Origin: Octopus sinensis
Lineage: Eukaryota
Direction of reading: 5' to 3'
Length of the DNA: 64,000 bases
Assembly: GCF_006345805.1 (NCBI RefSeq)
Contig: NC_043017.1
Location: 6,262,001-6,326,000 of the forward strand
The notes under the pieces were generated by a model. That model searched no databases. It was not told where the DNA came from and saw only the letters and a list, made by a program, of their open reading frames with translations. Below, in pieces: positions 24,220-39,094 of the stretch (position 1 is the first letter of the stretch; the number at the start of each line of letters is the position of its first letter). The translations under genes were made by a program, and so were the position numbers.

Positions 24220-25324
24220 ATATGTAAGTGCACAGACATTTAAACATACAGCTATAAATATATTTGAAAGCAAGATGTGTGTAAATATGCATATATATAT
24301 ATATAATATATATATACATTAAATACATAATATGTATATGTATATATATTTATATTTATATTATATTTATATATATATATATCTATATATATATATATAA
24401 TATAATATATCTAATAATATATATATAATACATATATATGTATACATATCTTTGTGTATATTTATCTTTCCTTGGTTATATTAATCTGAAGATTTGACAG
24501 ATTTAGTAGACATTAAAGGACTCAATACACGACTGTTAAGTGATTATTTATTTGCTTGTTTTATGAGTTTTACAGGAGTATTAAATGTTTGAAATCAAAG
24601 ATTTTTCCTTCACAAGAAAAACCTTTGATTCGAAATATTAATAATATTAATATTGCTATAAAACTCATCAAACAAATGAATACACATACTCAAATGCACA
24701 CACACACATGACCACACGCTCCCTCTCTTTCACGCACACACACACGTACACAAAGATCTGTTTACTTGCTGACGGTGGTTTGTCAAATCCGTTAATGATC
24801 ATCATCTTCTTCATTCCTGGTTCCTTTCTTGGCTCTGCATCCAATCCTTCATGTAGATCTCTGATAGAAGATCTGAGAGGTGAAATATTGCGGTACTACC
24901 TTGCATGCATCTACGCATCCGTTTCTCCTTGCTTTTACCGATAGTGCTCAATAGACAGCATGGATTCGGTTAGATTGCTCATGTGAAGTCCACTGCTGGA
25001 CACTGGACTCAACATATCCACTCCACCAGCCACAGTCTGGTGTGTAAGCCACGGATCTGAGCTTGAGGCCATACTGGTTTGATGAGCCTACTCAGCTACA
25101 CAACCTCAACATAGCTTAGCAGAGGGGTACAGTTTTTAGACCCAGACCTAGGAGTAGTTAAATTGATTACATCGACCCCAGTATGCAACTGGTACCTTTT
25201 TAATGCGTGTGTATGCACGTGTTTGTACAAATGTGTGCGTATATGAATGTACAGATGGATGGATGGATGGATTGCCTATGTTCAGAGGTTATGCACTGGG
25301 TTTGAACTCCAGCTCAAATTCATA

Positions 25325-25535
25325 TATATTTCTTTACTGCCCACAAGGGGCTAAACATAGAGGGGGCAAACAAGGACAGACAAAGGGATTAAGTCAATTA
25401 CATCAACCCCAGTGCAAAACTGGGGTCGATGTAATTTATTGACCCCAAAAGGATGAAAGGCAAAGTCGACATCGGCGGAATTTGAACTCAGAACGTAGTG
25501 ACAGATGAAATACCACTAAGCATTTCGCCCAGCAT
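25325..25535 (-). mobile_element. Meta-like SINE
   Basis: AAAGGATGAAAGGCAAAGTCGAC...GGAATTTGAACTCAGAACG...CTGCCAGCTC. Confidence 0.8.
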
Positions 25536-26792
25536 GCTAACGTTTCTGCCAGCTCAAATTCATAGCCCCCACAATAAGACTATGGTTGTTGGAGAGGACA
25601 TGCTGAGGCCTTCCTTCTGCAGTGGACTGAACACAGACCACCAAAACAGACTTAATTATATAAATAAAGGAAAGGTAGCAATGTCTTCTATGCTTGAAGA
25701 AGTGATGCTGTTCCTTTTCAAAATGGTCTTCAGCTGGTCTTGAACTGCTCCTATGGTTTCCCATGAAGGTGCTGACTATGCTGGAACTGGCTGTAAATGA
25801 TCGTACAGAGAAAATAGAATCAAACATGCTTTCTAAATTTCTGTATAGTTTGGACTCAATGTTCTGAATACTTGTATAGGATGTATTCAATGTTGATAGC
25901 GTCAGTTTATGAGAGCACATGGCCCAATGCTTAGAGGAATTGAATTCAAAATCATGAGGTCATGGTTTCAATTCCTGGGCCAGTTGGTGCATTCTGTTCT
26001 TCAGCAAAACACTTCATCCCATCTTGTTCTGTGATCCCTTCAACACCTGGTGCGTGATACACCATTTACCTGTTCAGGTAATGTTGATTTGATGGAGGGG
26101 AGTAACCACAAACATTTTGTCATTTTTCTTTTACTTGTTTTAGCCATTTGACTGTGGCCAAGCTGGAGCACTGCCTTTAGTCAAACAAATCAGCCCAAGA
26201 CTTCTTCTTTGTAAGCCTAGTACTTATTCTGTGGGTCACTTTTGTTGAACTACTAAATGACAGGGCATAAACACACCAACATCAGTTGTCAAATGATGGT
26301 GGAGAGACAAACACACACACTCATATATATATATATTTACTTCTAATATAAGCAAAAAATTTCATTAAAAATTTTTTATCAGTGGCCAGCATATGAAAAA
26401 TACCTTTTAAGATGAAAATTATAAATACAATTATAAACAAGGGCAAAATGAAAAAATGTTTTCTTTGCCAATATGCTGAAAAATAGACGCTAAATCTTTT
26501 AACCATATTAAATATTTTCCAGTATATTATTACAACGTGTGCTGAAACAAGGAAAGCTAGCTAACAGAAATTCATAAAAATATAGTTTTCTGAATTGGTT
26601 CTGATTTCTGGATTAATTCAAAATGGATTAATCCAGGAAATCAAGTGAAAATATTTTATGCAGTTAGGCAATTTAGCATCTAATTCTCAGCATATTGGCA
26701 AAGAAATTTTTTTGTCCTTATTTATATACACATATATATATACATAAAAATATATATATACATATGTATATACATATATATAAATATATATG

Positions 26793-27388
26793 CAGGGTGA
26801 GGCAGAATTTAATGCCCTTTTTTATTTAGTAATTTTTATAGTACAAAAATTGTTTTCTTCAGCAAATTTTATTATATAAAAATTTATTACAGGATTAAAG
26901 AAACATAAAAAAACCTAATATCGAAAATAAAGTGTAGTAGTTTTATGAAATTTATAAAGTATTGTTCCATCAAAACAACATAATTCATTATGATAAAATG
27001 TTTAATTAACATGTTCAAAAGGCTCCCCTTCATTTTTAGTACAATGCTGAACACTACCGGCAGCACTTTTACAAACCCTTTGACACATATCCCCGTTAAT
27101 CATAGAAAATTTATCAGAAATTGCTTGTTTTAATTCAGGAATCATTTTCGGTTTCAGGGAATAAACAAGATTTTTCAATACACTCCACAAGATAAAGTCA
27201 GGTTGTGTTAGATCTGGTGCTTGTGATGGCCACAAATTTGCTTTACATCGTCTTATACACCTCCTCTCAAAATTAAGATGTAACTATTCCCGAACATTTA
27301 ACCCACAGAGCGGCCGTGCACATCCTGTACGAAGTATAAAACAATAAAAAATACAAATAAGAAAGGGTGTTACTTCTGCTGCACCCTG
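26793..27388 (-). mobile_element. Internally deleted Tc1/mariner element retaining both TIRs and the transposase C-terminus
   Basis: TIRs CAGGGTG..GCAGAA (26793) and TTCTGCTGCACCCTG|TA (27388); ORF 27002-27235 WPSQAPDLTQPDFILWSVLKNLVY...GEPFEH (WPxxSPDLxPxD-like motif). Confidence 0.85.
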
Positions 27389-28979
27389 TATATATATATA
27401 TATATATATATACAATTATCTAACTTTATTTATATAATATACAGCTCTATAACTTGGGGTGTGCTTCTTTCTCGGATTTATGATTTACCAATGATATATG
27501 TGTGTGTGTGTGTGTATACACATGTACATGCAAGTGGCATGTAAAAAGCACCCACTACACTCTCGGAGTGGTTGGCATTAGGAAGAGCATCCAGCTGTAA
27601 AAACATTGCCAGATCAGATTGGAGCCTGGTGCAGCCTCCTGGCTCTCCAGACCTCAGTCAAACCATTTGACCCATGCCAGCATGAAAAACGGACATTAAT
27701 CGAGGATAATGATGATGATAACAGGCTTCTTTCAGTTTCTGTCTGCCAGATCCACTCACAAGGCTTTGGTCAGCCCGAGGCTCTAGTAGAAGACACTTAC
27801 CCAAGATGCCATGCAGTGGGACTGAACCTAGAACCAGGTTGGGAAGCAAGCTTCTTACCACACAGCCATGCCTTATAGATCATCGGTGCCATCCTCACCA
27901 TCATCATCTTGCTGGAAGTGGCTTTCAGTCCCCTCATCCAACATACAGTCATTGGAAATATTGTAACTCTGGTATTTGAAGTAGGAGGTACTGTGGTCAT
28001 GTGATTAGGATATCACAACAAAAGGATTGCATAAGGGATTCCGCAAGCTGAGCCCAAGAAAAAACCAAGAATCAGACAATTGGATAATATCCATAGTCTC
28101 GGATGGTTATGCTTGGGAATCCAGCTTGAAAGTGTAATGAAGGTTGCTTCTGATTAGACCTTATGGAAGAGGTACCTGAGGCCCAAAGCCCCGTGACCTT
28201 CCCAGGAATAATGGATGGGGAAAATGGCAGCCTTATATTGGTAAGAGGGAAAGAACAAAACCAGCGAAAAAAACTATGTCAACCAATCATTAGAAGGCAC
28301 TTGATGTTCTACGCAAGAGATTAAAATAATATGATGGATGATAGAGAGAATTGATGACATATGTCTGGAACGCTGAAAAATTATTGATCCACTAACCAAT
28401 ACCATATATATATATATATATATATATGGTACTTTTTTATGGAATTTTAAAGATTCATGTTCAGTATGTGTAATAGAAGAAATCGTACATAGCACATGAC
28501 AATTAATCAATAGCTGCTGGAATCATTACAGCATTACGCAAGAATGATTATATTGAATTATGATGAAACGATTGTAAATGAAGTGTTAAAATGATTTGCT
28601 AACTCCATTCTTTGACATTTGTCACAATACATACATACATACATATATACATACATACATATATACATACATATATGTGTGTGTGTGTGTGTGTGTGTTC
28701 ACAAATTCTTTCCTTTAGCATTTGTTTATGTATACAAGAATAAGTTGGATAAAGATGTATATTGCAGCATTGCTTTACAATTGGATGCTCCTCCCGTCTC
28801 TAACCTTTTCATGTTTTACAAGTAAAGGATTTCTAATCCCTGCTTCTCTGACTGGGTTGAGCTACATTGTGACCTGTTGACAGGGAATTGTCAACAACAT
28901 CGTCACTGGTTTTGCATGAGTGACTTCGTTTAAGACATTCACCCACACAAACAAACACACATGCAACAAATTCTGTCTT

Positions 28980-29405
28980 TTATCTTTTACCTGTTTTGGC
29001 AATTAGATTGTGGCCCAGCTGGAGTACCACCTTAAGGAGGTTTAATCAAACAAATCGACCCCCAAGACATTTTAGTTTTTTTTTTTTTCTTTTTAAGTTT
29101 GGTCCTTATTCTTTTGGTTTCTTTTGCTGAACTGCTAAGTTATGAGGGACACAAACAAACCAACACCATTCGTCAAGCAGTGGGTGGGGGGGAGGACAAT
29201 CACAAACACGAAGACAAACATACATAGACATATGTGCATGCATGTGTGCGTGTGTGATGGGCTTCTTTCAGTTTCTGTCAACCCTCAAAGATTTGGTTGG
29301 CCTGAGGCAGTTGTAGAAGACATTTGCCCAGAATGTCACACAGTGGAACTGAACCAAAAACGATGTGGTTGGGAAGCAAGCTTCTTACCACACAGCCATG
29401 CCTAC
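28980..29405 (-). mobile_element. Family A SINE
   Basis: Tail plus head in minus orientation. Confidence 0.75.
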
Positions 29406-29734
29406 CCTTATAGATCATCAGCATCATCCTCACCATCATCATCATCATCATCATTATCATGATCATCGTTCTATTAAATGTCGATTTTTCAAGGTTGGCT
29501 CATATAAAGATAAATTCACACACACACACACACATATATATATGTGTGTGTGTGTGTGTGTATGTATGTATTTCTGTACAAGCATAGATAGACTCACCAG
29601 AGGCATATATGCACACACAGAATAAAAATAATAGATTTTTATAATTTTATTTCTATATATTTCACAGTGTATTTCTGCAGATAAATTCAATGTATGCCTG
29701 TGCGTGATATGTATAGTATTTGTGTGTGTATGTA

Positions 29735-29780
<46 letters not shown>

Positions 29781-30205
29781 AGTATTTGTATTTGCATCTA
29801 TATATGTATGTGAATATATGCATGCATGTATGTGTATATGCATGTGCGTATATCTATTTTTGTGTGTGGATTTTCATGTGTATGTATGCATATATCTATA
29901 GATATCCATCTATCTATATACACATGTATATCTGCATTTATGCGTGTATATGTGTATTTATGTATGCAGACAATATTTATATATATATGTGTGTGTGTGT
30001 GTATACATATATATATATAGTTATCCGTAATAATGAAGGGTGAAATTAATTAATTTGGAAAAATTATCAATTACACCAAGTAGTCTTCGGCATGTAAAAG
30101 CCTCATTCGAGGAAAATTTAAGTAATACTAAGCAATAAGGGTTTAGCAACGAGTTGCCTTACCTGTTTGTGTCTGCCTTCCAAATGCTGTTTTTACTGAG
30201 ATCTC

Positions 30206-30277
<72 letters not shown>

Positions 30278-31102
30278 TATATACATATATACATGTGTGC
30301 ATGTGTGTGTGTGTGTGTGTGTGAAAAGCTCAATGAAATCTCAAATGAAATTCTTTTGAGAAAACAAAGTTTTTTTCCTTCCAAAAATAGTTTCAAATAA
30401 ATCAGATATAACAGAAAAACGAAGTATAGGAGGATGTGTGATGGTAGCAAAGGTGGTGGTGTCTGTGGTTGTAGGGGTTGTTTAGGGGATGAATAGTAGT
30501 GTCGTTAGTGATTACAGTTGAGGTAGTAGTAGCTGTAGTGTTGAGATTGTGATGATTGGTGTTTTGTTGGTTGTTGTGGTAGTGGTGGCAATGATAGTTG
30601 TTGTTGTTGTTGTTGTTGCTGCTCAGCTCCAGCTTAGCTCTAATCAGACAGCTCTACAATCAAAGACATCCCAACCATGGCCATTCCATTTACATATATA
30701 TTCATATTCATATATACCATCATCATCATTATCATCATCTACCGTCTGTTTTCCATGTTGTCATGGGTTAGACAGTTTAACTGGAACTGGTAAACCAGAG
30801 AGCGGCACCATGTTCCAGTCTGATTTTGGCTTGGTTTCTACAGCTGGATGCCCTTCCTACTGCCAACCAAAAGGGTGCCTTTTATATGTCACCATCATGG
30901 GCACCTTTTACATGTCCCCGGCACAGGTGCTTTTTATATGTTACTGGCACAAATGCCTTTTATGCGTTACTGGCACGAATGCCTTTTAAGCATCACTGGC
31001 TCTGTCCAAGACTATGATCTTACTCGGCCTGATGAGTGTTCTCAAGCGCAGAAAACCACCAAAGGTCTTGATCATTTGTCATTGCCTCCATTTATATATC
31101 GC

Positions 31103-31290
31103 TAGCCACTAAACCTTTTTCTATTTTTCTATCTTCTCTCCCTGTTTATTTTCTCATGTTCCTTTCTGTCGAAGAGCATAGGCTCGAAACATAAAAGACT
31201 TTCTCACGTTCCTGAGCATTAAACTAATACATCTGTTTGTTGTTTACACAACCTTCTTCATCTTTTGTGTTGTTTGTTTTTTGTAAATTC
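31103..31290 (+). mobile_element. Penelope-like terminal fragment (empty-site paralogue of 1870-2252)
   Basis: CTTT CTGTCGA A GAGC-ATAG-GCTC GAAAC ATA AAAG. Confidence 0.55.
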
Positions 31291-31699
31291 CATCTTTATG
31301 TAAAGCTGTGTGTCCTAGTGGTTAGGCTGCTGTACTCATGATCACTAGATCGCGGTTTCAATTCCCTGATTGAGCAGCACATTGTGTTCTTGGGCAAAAC
31401 ACTTAATTTCCTGTTGCTCCAGTCCCCCTTTTAATTGGAGGGGTATGTTGGCCTGCTCGCCTAAGTACTAGGCTTAAAAAGAATAAGTCCTGGGGTCGAT
31501 TTGTTCAACTAAAGGTTGTGCTCTAGCATGGCCGCAGTCAAATGACTGAAACAAATATAAGAATAAAAGAAGAGTGTATATATATATGTATTATGAATCC
31601 AAATCAAAATGTCTTTTCTAAGAGAGTGGGATATGAGTTGAGGGAAATTTGCCTGCTATTTCTTGCAGGTGAAGCAAATATAAAGAGGCTCACCAATTG

Positions 31700-32300
31700 C
31701 CATAGCGGAGGTGGTGGTGGTGATTGTGATGGTTTCGGTGAGGATGATCGTGGTGGCAATAGCTGTGGTAGTAGTCATGGTGGTGGTGATGGCGGTGGTG
31801 ATAGTAGTAGTGGGGGGGGCGGTGATTGCGGTTTGGGCATTGGTTGAGGTGGTGGTGGTGGTGGTAGTAGTAGTAGTGGTGGTGATTGTGGTTTGGGCAT
31901 TGGTTGAGGTAGTGGTGGTGGTTGTGGTGGTGGTTGTGGTGGTGGTAGTTGTGGTAGTAGAGGTGGCGATTGTGGTTTGGGCATTGGTTGAGGTGGTGGT
32001 GCTGGTGGTGATAGTTGTGGTAGTAGTAGTGGTAATTGTAGTTTGGGCATTGGTTGAGGTAGTGGTTGTGGTGGTGGTGGAAGTTGTGTTAGTAGAGGTG
32101 ATGATTGTGGGTTGGGCATTGGTTGAGGTGGTGGCGGTGATAGTTGTGGTAGTAGTGGTGGTGATTGTGGTTTGGGCATTGGTTGAGGTGGTGGAGGTAG
32201 TGGTGGTGGTGATGATAGCGGTTGTGATGGGTGTAGTAGCGGATGTGATGGTAACAGAAATGGTAGTGGTGGTGGTGGTGGTGGTAGTAGTGAAAATGAT
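31700..32300. repeat. GGT-rich ~60-bp minisatellite
   Basis: GATTGTGGTTTGGGCATTGGTTGAGGT anchor repeated about 7 times. Confidence 0.85.
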
Positions 32301-33351
32301 GAGGCGGATAATACAAGCAAAAGGACACTAACAATGACTACAAAAGCCTTTAGTTAATATCACCACTAACACCACTACCACCATCACCCCCACCGCTGCT
32401 GCTGCTACTACTACTACTACTACTACTATCACCCCAGCAGTAACTGCCATCACAACCACAACCATCAGCATCATCAACATCAATACCATAAACAATAGCA
32501 GCCACAAAAATGATGATGATGATGACACTGATGTTGGCAATGATGATGATGGTGATTATGGTGATGATGACAATGAGAGTGATGGTGGTGGTGGTGGGAG
32601 AGGGCAATACTGATGAAGAAGGTGGGGCTGGAGATGTTGGCGGTTTGAGTGATGTGAAGGCAAGGCTAGCAGTGATGGTGCTGCTGATGGTGGTGATGGC
32701 AATGATGATAGTGATGATAACGATGGTAATTTTGATTATAGTGATGGCAGTGATGATGATGAATGTGATGATAAAGATGATGATGATGATATTGGTGAAG
32801 CTGATAACAATAATAATAATAATATTTTATTCCTTTGATGAATGGTTTTCATTTAATCCTGGAGTCACAATTTTCCTTTAGAATTCATTCTCTCCCCACT
32901 CTCACTCTCTCTCTCTCTTATTTGCATTCTCTCTGTCTTTCCCTCAGATCTTTCTATAACTTCTCTCTGTCTGTCTACCTACCTCCCTCCCTCTCTTTCT
33001 CTCTAACCACTTTCACTTTCCCTTTGCTCTCAACATGCTCTTTCTGTCTAAACACTCCCTCTAACTTCTAAACTTCCTCGTTCTAACCATCCTCTCTCTT
33101 TCTCCTCGGTGTCTTTCTCCTTCCCTTTCTCTGACCTCTTCAGACTCTCAGGCCTCCCCCCTTTCCTCACTAATTGTTCCACGTCTCACTCATCTCTACC
33201 CTTTCTGCCACCACCACCCCTCTTTTTTTTGCAAATATCTTTTATCTTAGTTCCAGTGATTTAATTATTTCCTCTTCTCTTTCTTATTACTAAACATCAG
33301 TTTTCACATTTTGCTTTGCATTTCATTGATATATATAAGTATATATATATA

Positions 33352-33421
<70 letters not shown>

Positions 33422-33523
33422 TGCATACACATGAATTTATGTGTGTGTGTGTATGTGAAAGTGATTATGCAGGAACTGTGGGGCCACTATCAAGAGAAAA
33501 TACTCAAACATTTTTATTGTTGA

Positions 33524-33565
<42 letters not shown>

Positions 33566-33978
33566 AGAATATATATCTTTTATCTTTTACTTGTTTCATA
33601 TATATGTATGTGTGTGTGTGTGTGTACATACACATGAGAGAGAAAGAGAGAGAGAGATGGAGGAGATATACATCTCTATCTTGGTATCTATGTATGTACA
33701 TAGATATGTGTTTGTGCATGTATGCATGGATTCGTGTGTGTGTGTATGTGTGTATGTATATATATGTATGTATGTATATCTATAAATTTGCAGACTGTTA
33801 TGCATGCAAACCTGCATATATGCATGTGTCTTACAAACATGCATGACTATATATACAATTATATGCATACATACATGCACTTATATACATACACACACAT
33901 ACATATACACAAGCATACAGGCATACACACATACATACAAAGAAACACACAAACATGCATACATACATACTTACATAC

Positions 33979-34009
<31 letters not shown>

Positions 34010-34136
34010 CATACATACATACATACATACATACATACGTACACAATACAGAGGCCAATAATTGTTTGCTATTGTATGGTTTAAATAAATCAAATTCTTT
34101 TGTAATAGTTCTTTGTTTTGCTTTTGCCAAGGCAAA

Positions 34137-34505
34137 AAAATATCACCACCACCATTATCATCATCATCATCATCACCATCAACATAATCAATTTCATCGT
34201 TATAAACATCATCATTATCACCATTATCATCATCATCATCACCATCAACATAATCAATTTCATCGTTATAAACATCATCACCACCACCATTATCATCATC
34301 ATCATCACCATCAACATAATCAATTTCATCGTTATAAACATCATCACCACCACCATTATCATCATCATCATCACCATCAACATAATCAATTTCATCGTTA
34401 TAAACATCATCACCACCACCATTATCATCATCATCATCACCATCAACATAATCAATTTCATCGTTATAAACATCATCATTATCACCATTGTCATCATCAT
34501 CACTA
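34137..34505. repeat. 63-bp CAT-rich minisatellite (about 6 units)
   Basis: ...CATCACCATCAACATAATCAATTTCATCGTTATAAACATCAT... repeated. Confidence 0.9.
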
Positions 34506-34759
34506 GCTTTGTATGCGTAGTGTAGTTGCAGTTACCAGAGTACAGTGTTCTACAAATATATAAAAGACATTCATAGATAGAAAATTGAAAATAGTAAATA
34601 ATTTTGAGGCTACTTAAAATGGTATTATACCTGGCGTCCAATACATTGTGGTTCTGGTACAGGTGTCAAATTCAATCTACCTACGGGACACAAAGTAAAT
34701 AGAAAATTTGCAGGTAAATAGAAAGTTCACAGGTAAGAGAGAAGTCTCGTTATATCACT

Positions 34760-35275
34760 GTGTTGTTGTTGCTCCAGTTCCACTCAGCTGCAGAAATGAG
34801 TTGCGACATCACTGGTCCCTAGCTGTATCGGCCCCTTTGCCTTTGTTTTGGATCATATCAGTGGCATGGACAAGTGGGGTCTGTCATGCATGGGCAAATG
34901 CTGGTCTTCCATAAGCAACCTTGCCCAGACTTGTGACTCGGTGAGGAACTTTCTATGTGCAATCCCATGGTCATTCATGACCGAAAGGGGGTCTTTTATA
35001 TGTCCAGGCTTTGTGTTGTGTTCTTGAGCAAGACACTTTATTTCACATAGCTCCAGTTCGCTCAGCTGTATAAATGAGTTGCAACATCACTGGTGCCAAG
35101 CTGTATCGGCCCCTTTGCCTTACCCTTAGATAACATCGGTGGCGTGGAGAGGGGAGGCTACTATGCACGGGCGACTGCTAGTCTTCCATAAACAACCTTG
35201 CCCAGACTTGTGCATCAGTGGAGAACTTTCTATGTGCAATCCCGTGGTCATTCATGACTGAAGGGAGTCTTTTAC
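34760..35275 (+). mobile_element. Two tandem SINE bodies (family C-like core, distinct 3' tail)
   Basis: GCTCCAGTT..CTCAGCTG...GCTGTATCGGCCCCTTTGCC...GTGCAATCCC.TGGTCATTCATGAC occurs at 34760-35000 and again at 35010-35275. Confidence 0.75.
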
Positions 35276-36099
35276 TGTATCTTCCAGACTATTTGATGTT
35301 GTTATACACCACTGGTCACAGGACGTTTCCTCACAATGTTGTAGCTTCCAAATGATGCTGCCCACTGGCTTGGTGGACAGGCCAACACTCATCCTGAACA
35401 GAATGCCACTACATCTCAAGGTTATACCAATTAACAGCTGAGTGGACTGGAGCAATGTAAAATGAAGTGTTTTGCTTAAGAATGCCATGCACCCAAACTT
35501 ATAAAAATGCTTTGGACGGGCAAAACGTTCATGTGGCATAAAATAGGAAGTCCATAGGTGCCGTTGTCACTGGGAAATGAAGAGAGAACTAGCTCTGCTT
35601 TCCTTTACAAACCTCTCAGTTTGGCACAAAATTGTCTCAAAATGATGTGAAAATATATATTCTCCTACTAAAACGTTCTTTTATCCTGGATTGTGGCCAT
35701 GCTGGGGCACCACCTTGAAGATTCTTAGTAAGTGGAGCAGATTAATCCCAGTACTTAATTGTTTTTTTTTTTAAATCTTGTACTTCTTTGTTCAGTCTCT
35801 TTTGCTGAACTGCTAAGTTATGGGGATGTAACCAAATGAACACCGGTTGTCAAGCAGAGTGTATGTGTGTGTATGTGTGTGTGTGTGTGTGTGTGTGAGC
35901 AGACAATATGAGTACAAAGACACACACACACTGACACACATATATATACATATATACAATGGGTTTTCACAGTTTATCTCTTCCAAATTCACTTACATGG
36001 CATTAGTCTGCCTAGGGCCATCATGGAAGACAGTTGCCCAAAGTGCCACACAGCAGAACTGAATCTGAAAACAGCATCGTTAGAAAGTGAGTTTGTTAA

Positions 36100-36960
36100 T
36101 TGCACAACCAGCACCACTACCACCAACACCATCAGTGGCAGTGGCATCACCACTACCACCAAAACCAACACCAGCACCACCACCGTTACCACTTACACCA
36201 TCACCATCACCTTCGATAGCACCACTATCGTCATTATCACTACTACAACCACTTCCACCACCATCACCACCACTTCAACCATTACCACAACCACCACCAC
36301 CATGAATACCATCATCATCATCACAGCCTCCATCACCACTACCACCACAACCATCACAACAACCACCACTATTACTACAACCACAATCAACAGCACCACT
36401 GCCACCACAACCAAAACTACCACCACAACTACCACTACAACCACAACTACAACCACCACCATCACTATCACAACCCCACCATCATCACCACCACAGCCAC
36501 CACCACCACCATAACCACCACCACCACCATGAATACCATCATCATCATCACAGCCTCCATCACCACTACCACCACAACCATCACAACAACCACCACTATT
36601 ACTACAACCACAATCAACAGCACCACTGTCACCACAACCAAAACTACCACCACAACTACCACTACAACCACAACTACAACCACCACCATCACTATCACAA
36701 CCCCACCATCATCACCACCACAGCCACCACCACCACCATAACCACCACCACCACCACAACAAAAACCCGCCACTACAACCACCACCACCACTACCACAAC
36801 CCCACCATCATCACCAACATCACCATCATCCTCACTACCACAACCACCACCATCACCACCACCACAACCAACACCACCACCACCTCAACCACCATCATCA
36901 CCACCACATTCTGTCACCATTCCCATTATGGCTACCACCACCACCAGTACCGCTATCACC
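36100..36960. repeat. (ACC)n-rich tract with a ~240-bp internal duplication
   Basis: CCATGAATACCATCATCATCATCACAGCC block at ~36299 and ~36526. Confidence 0.85.
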
Positions 36961-37909
36961 ATTATCACTCCCATGACCACAAACACCAACCCACCCCCGC
37001 CCCTACCAGCACAACACCATTTTTGTGCAAACCAACACCAACACCAACACCAATAACAATAATAATACTTAGACCTTTCTTACAATATAAAAATCAATAG
37101 AAAGAGCTATTTATAGCAAAATTAAATATTACTGTCTGAGGGGAGAGGTGGGAGGAGAGAGAAACAGAGAGAGAGTAGGAGGAAAGAGAGAGAGAGAGAG
37201 CGGTGGGAGGAAAGAGAAATAGAGGGAGAGTAGGAGGATGGGGAGAAATATTGAGAGAGAAGGACCAGAGGTTGATTAAGGCACACACACACATACATAC
37301 ATACTACATACATACATACATACATACATACATACATACATACATACATACATGCATGCATACATACATACATACATACATACATACATACATACATACA
37401 TACATACATACATACATACATACATACATACATACATACATGCATGCATACATACATGCATACATACATACATACATACATACATACATACATACATGCA
37501 CACACACACACATGCACATATGCACACACATACGCAGAGACAGGAATAAGGAAGATACAAGCACAGTTCTCATCTGCATGTGTGTGTGTGTGTATGTACG
37601 TATGTATGTATGTATGTATGTATGTGTGTATATGTATGTATGTATGGATTTATGTATGTATGTACGTATGTGGGTGTGTGTGTAGATGACCACAACGCTC
37701 TGTGGTCAAGAAACTTGCTTTGCAAAAATGCAGCTCCGTCCTCCCACCAACACTTGACAACCGATGCTGGTGTGTTTATGTCCCTGTATACTTAGTAGTT
37801 CGGCAAAGGGAATCTGATAGAATAAGTCTTGGGATCGATTTGGTCGACTACAGGCGGTGCTCCAGCATGGCTGAAGTGAAATGACTGAAACAAGTAAAAG
37901 AATAAAAGA

Positions 37910-38240
37910 ATTATCTTCATCATCATCGTCATCACCATCATCATTATTGTCATCATCATCATCATCATTATCATCATCACCATCATCATTATTGTCATCA
38001 TCATCATCATCATCATTATTGTCATCATCATCATTATCATCAACATCATCATCATCATTTTTGTCATCACCATCATCATCATTATCACCATCATCCTTAT
38101 TGTCATCATCATCATCACTATTACCATCATCATTATCTGTCAACATCATTATCATCATTATCATCATCATCATCATATTCATCATTACTATCATCGTTAT
38201 CATCGTCATCATCATGATCGTTGTCATCATCATCATTTAA
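37910..38240. repeat. Expanded (CAT)n array between a SINE tail and a LINE tail
   Basis: Continuous with the (GAT)n tail of the minus-strand element at 38235-38420. Confidence 0.85.
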
Positions 38241-39008
38241 TGTCCATCTTCCATGGTGGCATGGGCTTGGGCCATTTGACAGGAGATGGTGAGCCAGAGG
38301 ACTGCACAAAGCTCTACTATCTATTTCTGGCATGGGTTTTCAATGGCCGGATGCCCTTCCTCAAGCCAACCACTTTACAAGGTGTACTAGGTGCTTTTTT
38401 TCATATGTGGCACCAACACCAGCAGGGTTACCAAGTAATCTGCAATTACAAAGTTTCCCCTAAATGAAAGGGGAAAATGATATTGATGGAGGGGGGGGCA
38501 TGGTACCTATTGATGAGAGGTTAAAACTGTGATAGGGGACAGAAATAGATGTCCTGCAGTAGAGGAGGTACATGCTTGCCCCAGCTGGAGCGACAGAGAG
38601 AGCAAAAGCGATGGTGGCAATGTACCAGGGTGTACCCTCAAAATACAAGGAAGAGAATGTAAATGGTGTGATATAGGAGTGGACAGGGTGTGTGGACAGA
38701 TGAGTGTGTGTCTTTGTGTTGGTATTTGTCCCCTACAACTACATGGCAACTGGTTTGGTTTGTTTACAACCCTATAACTTCGTGATTTGGTAAATGGAGA
38801 ATGATAGAACACATACCAAATTTGAAAATATGTACTGGGATCAATTTGTTTAACTAGCCCTACAAGGTGGTACACCAGCATGGCCACAGTTCAATGACTG
38901 AAACAAGTAATTTTGGAATTGATACAGTACCATCCAAAAACTAAAGTGAATTTCTTCTGTCTATCTAATTATCTCACTAGCAATCTATGTGTATGGTGTT
39001 GGTCTATC

Positions 39009-39094
<86 letters not shown>

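Noticed and set aside
24585-24660. Hairpin AATCAAAG/CTTTGATT followed by CGAAA and a palindromic AT stem
   Set aside because: No CUGANGA upstream; the AT-rich palindrome could be chance
25560-25920. 127-aa minus-strand ORF
   Set aside because: No recognisable protein; another frame shows only faint RTE C-terminal similarity (DQLKTILKR), too weak to call
30130-30210. Strong minus-strand donor CAG|GTAAGG
   Set aside because: No acceptor or open exon upstream; bounded by (TA)n and similar to repeat-like sequence at ~62060
31028-31072. CTGATGAGTGTTCTCAAGCGCAGAAAACCACCAAAGGTC as a hammerhead
   Set aside because: Needs extra As on both sides of GAA and a weak wobble stem II; the homologous LINE-UTR segment at ~44245-44300 lacks the core, so it is a chance match
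31711-32331. Extensin-like PQPMPKPQSPP or Gly-rich ORFs
   Set aside because: GGT minisatellite; the Gly-rich frame has a TGA in each unit, and there is no splice or start context
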